Shown in pieces: positions 13,323 through 25,394 of a stretch of DNA of 63,963 nt. The notes below the pieces were generated by a model. That model searched no databases. It was not told the DNA's origin and worked only from the letters and a program-made list of their open reading frames with translations. The stretch lies in the NCBI GenBank assembly GCA_035221665.1, contig CM069172.1:5208038-5272000 (forward strand), written 5' to 3'. Made by a program: the position numbers and the translations under genes. Every line of letters begins with the position of its first letter. Position 1 is the first letter of the stretch. This DNA comes from Okamejei kenojei (taxonomy: Eukaryota).

Positions 13323-14634
13323 GCAAACGGTTAAGTAAATAAGTAAGTAAGTAAGTTTATTGGCCAAGTATTCACATACAAGGAATTTGCCTTGATGCTC
13401 CACCCACAAGTAACAACATGACATACAGTGACAGTTACGAATGACTCGGAAAACACTAAACAATAATAATAATAAAACATTAATGATAAAACACCCATTG
13501 ATCAAGCATGAGAACCAACAAAATACCAGATCAAAGGGAGGCAACAAGAGAGGTGTCAGAGATGATTTTTCCCACTCACTTCCTGGTCCGTTGCAGTATA
13601 CAGTTCATCAATGGAGGGAAGGTTTGCAGCAAATAACCTTCTCAGATGAACGGACAATTCGCTGCAGCTTCCAGGTGTCGTGCTTGGTGGCTGAGCCAAA
13701 CCAGGCATGATGGAGAAGGTTGGAACAGACTCTATGATGGCCGTGTAGAACTGGACCATCATTGCAAGTGGCAGATTGTGCTTCCTCATCTGCCTCCTCT
13801 GTTTTGCCTTTGGTAGCCCCCCACTTAAGATCCTTGGAGATGATGGTTCCCAGGAACTTAAAATACTCCACAGATGTGACTGTGGTGTTGTTGATGGGTG
13901 AGTGGGGTGAGGGGAGGGGGGAGCTCTACTAAAGTGCACAATCAATGTCCACTGTCTTAAGAGCATTGAGCTCTAGGTTATTGCGATGGCACCAGACCCC
14001 AGCTGTGACACTTCCTGTCTGCAGGCAGATTCCTCCCTCCTGGATCAGTCCAATCAGGGTTGTGGGGGTCATACGCAATCTTGAGAAGCTTGACAGAGGT
14101 GTCTGTGGAGGTGCAGTCGTTGGCGTAGAGAGAGTAGAGGAGAGGAGAGCACCTTGCGATGCTCCTATGCTGAGCGTTTTCGGGTCCGAGATGTGCTTTC
14201 CCAGCCTCACATGCTGCTTCCAGTCTGGTCAGGTGAGCTGGTGATCCACCGACAGAGGGGTTCACGCAGAGTCAACTTGGAAAGATTGGAGTGTAATAGC
14301 ACTTGCACAATGGTGTTGAATGCAGAGCTAAAATCAACAAACAAGATCCTCGCACAGGTCCCCTGGCGGTCTAGGTGCTGTAGGATGAAGTGCAGGCCCA
14401 GGTTGACTGCGTCATCCACAGATCTATTGGCCAGATATGCGAACTGCATAGGGGGAATTGTGATATTTTTCAACTTTGCCAGCACAAGCCTTTCAAGTGT
14501 CTTCATGACTACAGAGGTCAGTGCAACAGGCCTGTAGTCATTAAGACAAGTAATCCTTGCCTTTTTGTGTACGGGAACAATAGTGGAGACTTTGAAGCAG
14601 GCAGGGACAGTACATGTTTGCAGGGACTGGTTAA

Positions 14635-17600
14635 AAATAGTAAGATTAAATGAGAACTTACCAGTTTGAAGTTTGATCTTTATTTTATGAGGAGTTACGA
14701 TGAGGGATTACGTGAAGACCCCGCCCAGGACGCATGCGCGACATTCTTCAAAGCAGTGGTGTGAAATCACAGATACCAGAGTAGACTAATATAGTAAGAT
14801 AAGAGAGAACTTTCATACCAGTTGAACTTTATAATAGAGGGTTTTGGGAGCGGAGGGCACGTAATCCCTCATCGTAACTCCTCATAAAATAAAGATCAAA
14901 CTTCAAACTGGTAAGTTTCTCATTTAATCTTACTATTTTACTTCGGAGTCACGTGAGTGACTACGTGAAGATTTCAAAGCTCTGTGATTTTCATGCCCTG
15001 GAACGAGACCATGCTCACCACACTGCCATTCTGGGACGGTGGATGAACGTATTTCACACACGACACTGTGCTGAAAAACAATAAAGGTATTATTCATACC
15101 TAAAATAATATGCCCCACATTGGGTAATTTATTTTACAGAACTTAATTTTTCCCTGCAAACGTCTCAGGATCGCCCACGGGTTTATTATAAAGCATTGAA
15201 CGCGTTCATTGCTCCACCCCGCTGTGGCAAGGATGTGGTCCATAGGAACTCCCATCATCCTAGCGTCCGATGTAGATGCAGCCCTGTTGGAGTGAGATTT
15301 GAAAACATTAGTATTCACCACTGCAACGTAATACCACCCGAACCATCTGGATATGGTTTGCACTGTGACCTTAGGTGAGGCATTTATGGCTAATGAGAAC
15401 GCTCTCTCTCCGTGCCCATAAGTGTCTTGGTGACTATATATTGGAAAGTATGTGTCACTATGCAGGGCCGACTATCTGCAGGATAGGCAGAACTCTAATA
15501 TTGGCCAAAGGAAACCGGGTCAGTCTAGTTTAAGTACCCCTGTATGTAGCAGGTTATCTGCCATTTGTGACAGACATGACGTCCTATTCTAGCTTGTGTA
15601 AGGACTGGACCCGTTGTGCTGATCCAAGTGCCATAATCATTCCCATCTAGGATATTAGTTTGTCCAGAGTGAGCCCCGATATTGGTGTCCATCCTCGTAA
15701 CATGGTGTACTACCTATGTCCCATATATAGATGTATCTGGATCTGGGGGGAATAGAGTACAAATACCCCTCATTCGTTTAGGTACTAGTGGGTGTGATCC
15801 TATAGCCAGGTGATCACTCCCTCTGCCCAGATATTAGCTAGGGCACTCCTTGCACAATAATGGCACTGTAACTCAATCCTTCATCGAAATGAAGGGTGGC
15901 CAGAACTCCCAGCACTTCAGTGTTGGTGGCTGAGTCATGTGTAGTGTTCGTCCTGGTGCTGAACACTTCCCATTTCCTGACATATGTCAGGTACTGTCTT
16001 CTCGTGGACTCCTGTACGACGCTGAGATGGCATTAATCGTCCTGTCGGAGAGTCCGTATCCCAGAAATGGCCTGTTCAGAAACTGCAAATCAACAAGTTC
16101 ATACAGTCATGGCACGGATACTTTCCCGCACGGGGTGTGCCAACCTCCTTGGCCGTTGTTGATCCAGATGCAGGGGTTCTGACACCATCTTTGTACTGTT
16201 GGGAACCATGGTACCCGTTGCGGCGTCTTGTTTAATTATTGTAAGACTCGCCTGATGAGGCAGAAGGGGAAAAAGCATAGCAAAACAAAAACCCCCCCCA
16301 ATGCAGCGAGAAATCGTCCATCGCTGCTGCCCCTGGGTCTGGTTCCCAAGCAACATATGTTGGTAGTTGGTGAATTAGTCCGGATGGAAAAAAGGTCGAT
16401 ATCTGGTGTCCCATACCGGTCTATAATATCTGTAAACACTTTCCGATCCAACATCCATTTAATGTTGTCGTTGAATTTACGTGACCTTATGTCTGCCACT
16501 GTATTTAGCTTGCCTGGAAGGTAAGTGGTTGAGATCCAAATCTCTCTCCAAGACACCAGTGCCAGATATTATTAGGCAATTCATCACATGATATCGACTT
16601 TATTTCACCCATATGATTATATATAGGCCCCCAGTGTGGTATCAATCTGTACCGTACATGCAACTGGTGCTCATCTGAGCAGTAGGCCCTGAGTCCATGA
16701 AACGCTCCCAGCATTTCTAGATAATTAATTCCTAGTGCTTTAAACAGAATAATTTTTGTGCACTCATCTGCCACCACAACTTGCGGTGGTATTAGTTGCT
16801 CCCCAACCTTTAGCACTGGCATCAGTCTGTAATGTACCCTAGGGATAATAGAATGGGGTGATGGGGTTAGGATAATATGGAACATTTTCTATCCACCAGT
16901 TTAATTTCTAATTACTTTCCCTGGTAGTTGCATAGGCCTATTGAAATGGCCTGTATGATTTTTGAGAGCTAAAATTTCCCTCTTCCAGGTTTTAATAATG
17001 GAGTGGGTCCAATTGGTGCTGCTGGGAACGCAGCCACCAATTCCCAATCACTCTTGCTCCTTGCCGAATGGATGGTTCCCTGATGTCAGTGAGGCTTTTG
17101 CATACTCCCATCAAGTCTGTCACTTTGTTTGGTGGCAAGGTGATAGACATATGAACAGAGTCAATAGTGAACCCCAAATAATCCATGGTAGTGGAGGGTT
17201 CCAATTTTGATTTATCTGGATGTACGTTAAACCTCTCCTGTTGTGGCTGATACCACCAATGTAGCCAGCTCCAATTTTCACCTACAATGAGAATATCATC
17301 AAGGTAAGCCATGACGATATGGTTATGTTTTCTTTAAGTATGCTAAAGCTGGTTTTAATAAATTTGTAATAGCCTGGTGCTGATGACAACCCATTGGATA
17401 AGGCATACTACCATTGCTGTCCCATCCAGATAAATTTTCAGGTATTTACGATGACCCTGTGTGTGACAAACGTGTCTAATTTGAAATGGGCATACTGAAC
17501 GGAAGTATTTAGTTCGGTCAAATCTATAATGATACGGCAACCACCATCGTTGGTTTTTAATAAATATATTTGATACGAACTCTTGAAATTCTCTGATTGT

Positions 17601-18929
17601 TTTCTCAATCCATTTTGTGTTTAGTCATAGAAACATAGAAACATAGAAATTAGGTGCAGGTTAGATTACTGTTAGTCTTAACAGTTTTCAGCATGGCCTG
17701 CTGTTCTCTCTTTTTGTGAAAGTATGAACTTCCTGCTAGGCGTATGCTGAACTGGGACGGTAGTTCGTATACAAATTCAATTTTGTAATTCTGAATACTT
17801 CCGAGTATGTAAAAAGTTCAGAGGTAAAAGTGCAGCACACATGATGAAACAAGTGCAACCGTCCCCCAACTTTAATGAATCGGACATGCAATGTTTTTTA
17901 AGACAACCAGACCCACCTACCTCCATGGTACCGGTGTTGTGTGGGTTGTCTCCGCAGTTGTTTCTTCTGTATTGTGTTGCTGCGTTGTGGGGTTGGCGCG
18001 CGTTTTCCATGAAGGCCGGGCTGGGCCATGGTCTGAAAGACCGCTGTGCAGGTGGGCCGGCCTTCGAGCTTTCACCACCAGATGGTCTTCCATAGCACCG
18101 ATGTCTGGTGGGTGTGTAGGGGTGCTGCCGCTGTTGATAGGGGGTTTTAGAGATGCTTGGCACCATTGATCAGGCCTATAGCCTTGGCTTCCTCATGCAG
18201 GTCTTTCACCTGCTTCGGGAGGTCCCCCAACAGCAATTTTTGGTGCCTGTGTGCTACTTGTCTTGCATAATTCCACACTTCTTGATGATGCTCTTCCTGT
18301 AACAGTAAATCTCCACTGAGTATTACACAGTCTGCTAGAGCATCACGTAACTCTTCAGGCAAATCAACCCATCAGTTGTCCCCCCACAGTTGACTGTTCA
18401 GCCATTGCCCCTTCTTCAGGTCAGCCCAGCTCTGACCCCTAATGCTCCCCTGCGAAGAGGGTGAGGACATTTGGCAGTCCTTGAAAGGATGCTGCCGTGG
18501 GTCTGCGAAGAGACCCACTGTGACTCTGCCCCTGCATAAGCAGGTCACGCTGGAGCACTGCTCCCCACCCGCTCCCGCGGGAAAGACGCCCGCCGTCCCT
18601 ATCCGGGAATGGGGTGTCTTCATGTCCGGACCCAGCCGAGTCAACGGACCTGTCCGACTTCCGGGTGGTTTTGCCGCCGACCGCGGCGCACCTGCGGTCT
18701 GTAGCGGCGAGAAGCCGGGAGCTGCTGGCAGCACCTGCAGCTCTGGAGAGACGGCACGCTGCTGGCTGCTTCCACAGCAGCGGTATCAGCCGCTGCTCTC
18801 CCTTGCGCGACTCCATGGTGCTTCCTCCGTTCTGAAAAAGAAACACACCGAGTCGCCACGCTCACCAGAAAAGGTAAGTCTTACCTTCAGTAAATTTTCA
18901 AAATTCGCTCACGTGACTCCGAAGTAAAA
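14635..18929 (-). mobile_element. DIRS1-type tyrosine-recombinase retrotransposon (decayed)
   Basis: RT AYLDDILI (~17300), RNase H INYLEM (~16720), YLPGKLNTVAD..SR / GTPDIDLF region (~16400-16520), YR HSxRAASTS...ILATAGWS (~15200-15300). An ~80-bp terminal repeat is complementary to the ICR at 14858-14939, which continues into the complement of the other terminus. Confidence 0.92.
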
Positions 18930-20555
18930 TGTCTGTATAGACTGTTGTTTCGCACAGAGCTTAAGAGTAGAGGGGAACACATTGTCAGGTCCTGGAGATG
19001 TCATGGAGATTTCAGGCTTTTTTGTCTTCTGAAAAGCCTCTCCGCCTCTTTTTTTATTGTTGATGAAGTGATGTTGTTCAGCAAGGAGGATGTGGGTAAT
19101 TGGCTGTGAAGTGGTGATTGGCGGGTGGGTGGGTGTAGAAGGGCCCAGTCTTTGCAGACTGAGGTCAGGCTGCGAGTGGGTGTGAAGTGTTGGTTGGTTG
19201 GTTGGGAAATGGTCCAGTCTTTTCATACTGCAGTCCTGCCTTAAGTAGGTGTGAAGTGGTGAACGGGAAGGAGAGGGTGCAGGGTCCATTCTTTGTAGAA
19301 TGGGGTCTGGCTGTGTTGGTTGGGGAGGGAGGGAGAGGGGGAGGGGGCACCAGGGTTACGTTTCTGATTTTCAAACCTGCAGTAAACAAACAAACACTCG
19401 GGACCAGTGTCCTCATCCTCAGTGGCTGTCACTGTGTGGAGAACACAAATGTGTAGAGGGAGTAGATTAGCATCTGGAAACGGAAGTAGAATAAGGAAGT
19501 ATTCTTTTATCAGTAAATGGTTAAGTAAGTAAGTAAGTTTATTGGCCAAGTATTCAAGTACAAGGAATTTGCCTTGGTGCTCCGCCCACAAGTAACAACA
19601 TGACATACAGTGACAGTTACGAATGACTCAGAAAACACTAAACAATAATAACAATAAAACATTAATGATAAAATGCCAGGGTTACGTTTCTGATTTTCAA
19701 ACCTGCAGTAAATCTCATTCAGGTCGTTGGTCAGCTGATGATTGTCCAAAGAGCGGGGACTTTCCTCTTGCAGCTGGTAATTTCTTGCAAGCCCTACCAA
19801 ACTGATAAAGTCACTAGCTGAGAACTTGCTCCTCAACATCTCAGAGTACCTTTCGTTGGCAGCGCTCATTCATCTTCTCAGCTTGTACTTGGCCTGCCTG
19901 TAGAGGTCTGCATCCCCGCTTCTGTAGGCCTCCTCTTTAGACCGTTGGAGCTGCCCGAGTTCTGCAGTGAACCAGGTCTTGTTGTTGTTGAACCATGTTC
20001 GGGTCTTAGTTGGAATGCAACTGTCCTCACAAAAGCTGACATATTATGATACACTGTCCGCATACTCATCGAGGCTTGTGGTTGCTTCCCTGAACACATT
20101 CCAATCCGTGCAATCACAGCAGGATTGTAGGTTCACAATGCCCTCGCTTGTCCACCTTTTTGTTGTTCTGACCACAGGCTTAGCAGCTTTTAGTTTCTGC
20201 CTGTAGGTCGGAATAAGGTGAACTAGACAATGATCAGAGAGACCCAGAATCACCCGGGGAATAGAGCGATATGCGCTCTTGATTGCCGTATAACAGTGAT
20301 CGAGTGTTCTCTCCCCTCTGGTGGGGCAGGTAACATGAAGTCTGTATTTTAGAAGGTGACGGTTGAGGTTAGCTTTGTTAGACGCCCCCAAAACAATGAC
20401 CATGGAGTCCGGGAAGTCACTCTCTACCCTCATTACCTGGTCAGCGAGTTGCGTTTGTGCCTCACATAAGCAGGCTTGGGGGGGAATGTAAACTCCAGCG
20501 AGAATAAAGGAGTTAAATTCCCTCGGTAGAGTAGAAGGGTTTACAGTTTATGAAC

Positions 20556-21848
20556 ATAGAATCAGAAACATAGAAATTAGGTGCAGTAGCAGGCCATTCG
20601 GCCCTTCGAGCCTGCACCCGCCATTCAATATGATCATGGCTGATCATCCAACTCAGTATCCTGTACCTGCCTTCTCTCCATACCCCTGATCCCTTCAGCC
20701 ACAAGGGACACATCCAACTCCCTCTTAAATATGGCCCAACGAACTGACCTCAATTACGTTCTGTGGCAGAGAATTCCACAGATTCACCACTCTCTGTGTG
20801 AAAAACAATTTTCTCATCTCGTCCTAAAAGACTTCCACCTTATTCTTAAACTGTGACCCCTTGTCCTGGATTTTCCCAACATCGGGAACAAATCTTCGTG
20901 GATCTAGCCTATCCAACCCTTAAGAATTTTGTAAGTCCCTATGAGATCACCCCTCAATCTTCTAAATTCCAGCGAGTACAAGCCGAGTCTTATCCAGTCT
21001 TTCTTCATATGGAAGTCGTACCATCCCAGGAATCAGTCTGTGAACCTTCTCTGTACTCCCTCTATGGCAAGAATGTCTTTCCTCAGATTAGGAGACCAAA
21101 ACTGTACGCAATACACCAGGTGTGGCCTCACCAAGACCCTGTACAACTGCAGTAGAACCTCCTGCTCTTGTACTCAAATACTTTTGCTATGAATGCCAAC
21201 ATACCATTCCGCTTTCTTCACAGCCTGCTGCACCTGCATGCCTACTTTCAATGGACTGATGTACCATGACACCCAGGTCTCGCTGCATCTCCCCTTTTCC
21301 TAATCGGTCACCATTCAAATAATAGTCTACCTTCCTGTTTTTGCCACCAAAAGTGGATAACCTCACATTTATCCACATTATACTGGATCTGCCATGCATT
21401 TGCCCACTCACCCAGTCTATCCAAGTCATCCTGCAGCCTCCTAGCATCCTCCTCACAGCTAACACTGCTCCCCAGCTTTGTGTCATCGGCAAACTTCGAG
21501 ATGTTGCATTTAATTCCCTCGTCCAAATCATTAATGTATATTGTAAATAGCTGGGGTCCCCAGCACTGAGCCCGTGCGGTGCCCCACTAGTCACTGCCTG
21601 CCATCCTGAAAAGGACCCTTCTCTCCTACTCTTTGCTTCCTGTCTGCCAGCCAGTTCTCTATCCACATCAATACTGAACCACCAATACCGTGTGCTTTAA
21701 GTTTGTATACCAATCTCTTGTGTGGGACCTTGTCGAAAGCCTTCTGAAAGTCCAGATATAACACATCCACTGCTTCTCCCTTATCCACTCTACTAGTTAC
21801 ATTCTCAAAAAATTTAATAAGATTCGTCAGACATGATTTACCTTTCAT
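20556..21848 (-). mobile_element. CR1/HER1 LINE, 5'-truncated RT portion
   Basis: KSCLTNL, YLDFQKAFDKVPH, KFADDTK and (CATAGAAA)n-type tail. Confidence 0.9.
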
Positions 21849-23094
21849 AAAGAGGGATTCTAGGTTGGGAGAGCAGAAATTTGGCAGTACCGTGATGTCG
21901 CTGCACCAGTCCTGGTTGGTATAGAAGCATATTCCACCGCCTCTTGATTTCCCCGCTGCCTCCACTTCGCGGTCCGCTCTGTGAAGTTGGAAGCCAGCCA
22001 GTGCAGCGCGCTGTCCGGGGTCGACTCACAAAGCCAGGTCTCGTTGAAACACAGGGCAGCAGCTCGAGAGAAGGCCTTGTTTGTCCGATGCAGGAGTTGC
22101 AGTTCGTCCACTTTGTTCTTGGAGAATGTACGTTTGCCAGGAATATGTTCGGGAGTGGTGTGCATGGTCCCGTCGCTGGAGTCAGGTGAGTGCTGCAGAA
22201 CGCTTCCCACGGGTCCTCCTCCATCTCAAGACTTTGAAAGCAGCCACAGCCCCCCCGACGTGTATGTCCAAATAATCCAGCGAGTGAGAGAATTCCGGAA
22301 CGATGTTTGGAGGCACTGTATGTCCGATGTTTATGAACAGACGACACAAACGAACAAACACACACAAAGCAGCAAGGAGCAGTACACCGTGGCCGCCATC
22401 GTTGGCGCCAGCAGCAGCTACACTGCAAGCAGCTACACTGCAAGCAAGCTAACCCATTTAACCCCAGATGGGGCATGATTTTGACTTCTTGGAGGGAGTG
22501 CAGTACTGTGGGAAGAGTCCCTCACTATCTCTGCAAACCTATTCTGGGTGTGACCCTATTTCTTGTCTCTGCAACCCCCTCCCCACCAGCCCCGACACCC
22601 CTCCCTGTCAAATTGGAGGTATTTAATCTAATGGGAGTGCCAGCTTCCTGTTCCACAGTGCCATGGTTAGGTTGCTCATTTGGATAAGACTGCACTGATT
22701 CAAGAATTGTTTAGGAAAGAACTGCAGATACTGGTTTGGACAGGCAGCATCTCTGGATAGAAGAAGGGTCTCGACCCGAAACATCACCCATTCCTTCTCT
22801 CCAGAGATGCTGTCTGACCCACCGAGTTACTGATTCAGGAATGTCTGGAATTGTGAAAGACTAGTTTGCTCAACTAACTCTGCAAAGTTTTATAATGCAT
22901 TAGCAGAGGGTCAGAACCAAGAACAGAGAACAGCACAGCACAGGAACAGCCCCTTCGACCAAAAATGTCCGTGCCGAACATAATGCCAAATTAATCTCCT
23001 ATACCTGTACATAATCTGGAATTCTGCATTCCCTGCATGTCCATATGCCTATCTAAAGGCCACCAAATCACCACTATCACCGCTGTGTCGACCA

Positions 23095-23545
23095 TCACCC
23101 CTGGGCACCACACTCTGGGTAAAAAAGGTCATCAGGAATAGGAGTAAAAGAATGTATTTTAATTCTGAGGCTGTGACCTCTACTCCTAGACTCACCCAAT
23201 GGTGGAAACATCCTCTCCACATCCACTCTATCCAAGCCTTTCACTATTCTGTATGTTTCAATGAGGTCCTCCTTCATTTTTCTCAACTCCAGCGAGTACA
23301 GGCCCAGTGTCAACAAATGCTGATCATTGGTTAACCTCCTGATTCCTGGGATCATTCTTGTAAACCTCCTCTGGACCCTCTCCAGAGCCTGCACATCCTT
23401 CCTCAGATACGGTGCCCAAAATCGCTCACAATATTCCAAATGCGGCCTCACCAGCCCTTACGGAGCCTCAACATTATATCCTTGTTTTTGTATAAAAGCC
23501 CTCTTGAAATAAATGCTAGCACTGAGTTTGCTCTCTTTACCACTG
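23095..23545 (-). mobile_element. CR1/HER1 RT C-terminal fragment
   Basis: RPHLEYC..FWAPY...LERVQRRFTRMIPG. Confidence 0.85.
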
Positions 23546-23754
23546 TTATCACTATAACTTATGAAGTGGCAGAGACTCGAGAGGCCCAAAGATTTCTTGA
23601 TATATGAGGAAGTAGACAGAAGTTGTAACAGGAAATTTAGTGCTACAAATGAAATTGTTCTTTCACAGAATGAAGGGAAATATATTCATTTGCACCCTCA
23701 CCTCTGAGTTCCTCAGAGGTGAGGGTACAAAACACTCTCTTTATTCATTGAGGA

Positions 23755-24303
23755 AATAATAATAATAATAATAATAATAATATATTTTATTGTCATTACA
23801 CATAAGTGCAACGAGATTAAGTTTGCAACTCCATCCGATGTCATAACTTAAACGACTAATAAAATGTAGGTTTAGATACCCCGAGAACGAGGTTAGTGAA
23901 AAGTACATTAGAACAGTAAAACAGTCAAAACCAAAACAGACTAAGGTGCAGATGTGTTTGTGCGACGTGATCATCTGAGGGAGACAGTCCATAGGGGTGG
24001 GGAGCACTCAGCAGGGCCGTTTCTGAGCCGCTATAGCTCTGTGAATGAAGCTGTTCCTGAGTCTGGAGGTGCGGGCATAGAAGGCCTTGTAACGACTGCC
24101 GAAAGGGAGTAGTTCGAACAGTCAATTACAAGGGTGAGAGGCGTCTTTATGGATGCTGACGGCCTTCCTAAGGCACCGAGTGTGGTAGATGCCCTCCAAG
24201 GCTGGTAGTGGTGTCCCAATGATCTTTTGTGTTCTGTGGATGACGCGCTGAAGAGCTCTTCTCTCCGGCCTCCGTGCAGCTGAGCTACCACACAGAAATG
24301 CCA
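23755..24303 (-). mobile_element. 3' fragment of a second Rex1/Babar-type LINE with (TTA)n tail
   Basis: Mirror of 39680-40232. Confidence 0.85.
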
Positions 24304-25394
24304 TGTGTGTATGCCAAACCTGTAATGTCTTAATAAAAACGTTTGTGCACACATTTGGACATTTTGTGACCCAGACGATCCAAAATGGTATTTTGGATTT
24401 TCCGTTATGGATACAGCCAACTACTCCAAGCTGCAGCACGATGCCGCTGGTGACAGCCTCAACGCGCTCCTGTAACGTACCTCTGGGCTCCGCCACTGCG
24501 ATCGGGCCGCTTGACTCTTGTCTATGATTGGTCTCGGCGATCGCAGGCCGTCCAGGTCAATGGGCGTGATCCAAGCCTTGATTGACGACCTCCGGCCTGC
24601 CTTCCGATCGTGCATGTTTACCTGGGGCAGATGCCCGATTGCATCCGCCTGCTCCTCGCTGGTGCAGATTTTGATAGTCCCCAGCCGATGGCTGCCTGTA
24701 CAGTCGAGCTGTGGCCGGCCCAGCAGCAGGGTGGAGCCTCGGTCAGTCCTGTGTTGGCCGTACCACGACGGATTCAATGGCCCATGGCCAGGACGGGCCA
24801 TGGCCCAAGCTCCTCCCGGTCCTGGCCCAAGGCCGCCAGTTCCTGTCTCCACTGAGGGTGTGGCAGTGCAGCCGGTTTTGAGTGCACCTAGTGAAGTTAC
24901 GTGCTTCTCCCATCTCCAGCGGTGGAGTTCTGAGGCCCATCGAGGCTGACCGTACTGCAAATATGCGGGAAACGCCTCGGCCAACCGCCAGTAATGGCTG
25001 CTGCTGCGGCCGGCCAGCACCATCGCCTCTACGTTGGGAGACCGGCTTTCCGAGAGGTCTTCTGTAAATAAGCAATTCACATACTCTTAAAGTGTATGAC
25101 ATCCTTTAATGATAGCACAGGGTATAACACACGTCAGCAAGCACTGGTTACATTCTTCGACTGACTGCCCAGCGAGGGGAAAGCATTATGATTGATGTTA
25201 ACTAAGGCGGGGTTAACGGTACTGAGACAGCTATATTATTGGTTGCATGTATGAACCATCTACAACCTTCCCCTTAGAAAATCAAAACAGATTGGAAGTC
25301 ATGACAACAGAATTAAACAAAATCGCCATAACGAACAGGTGGCTTACTAATCCGACCCGAGCGTGTACGCGTGTCTCCCCCTTCCCCCGAAAGA

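Larger units (their letters stand above)
13328..22430 (-). mobile_element. Rex1/Babar-type LINE (decayed), interrupted by a DIRS1 element (14635-18929) and a CR1 (20556-21848)
   Basis: APE motifs (LCFNETWL, GGGICFY, GVYIPP, TLDHCY, GLSDH), RT motifs ([23 protein letters not shown]) and (CTTA)n tail at ~13330-13357. Confidence 0.85.
1..24507. repeat. Left arm of a large inverted segmental duplication (continues beyond window start)
   Basis: Reverse-complement collinearity with the right arm at many anchors: 1195/58768, 3812/55945, 7574/48374, 8733/47203, 9561/46381, 10583/45778, 13167/43605, 24507/37985. Confidence 0.95.

Noticed and set aside
24421-25080. 219-aa minus-strand ORF as a novel gene
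   Set aside because: It is the antisense shadow of the GC-rich decayed Gypsy gag on the plus strand.
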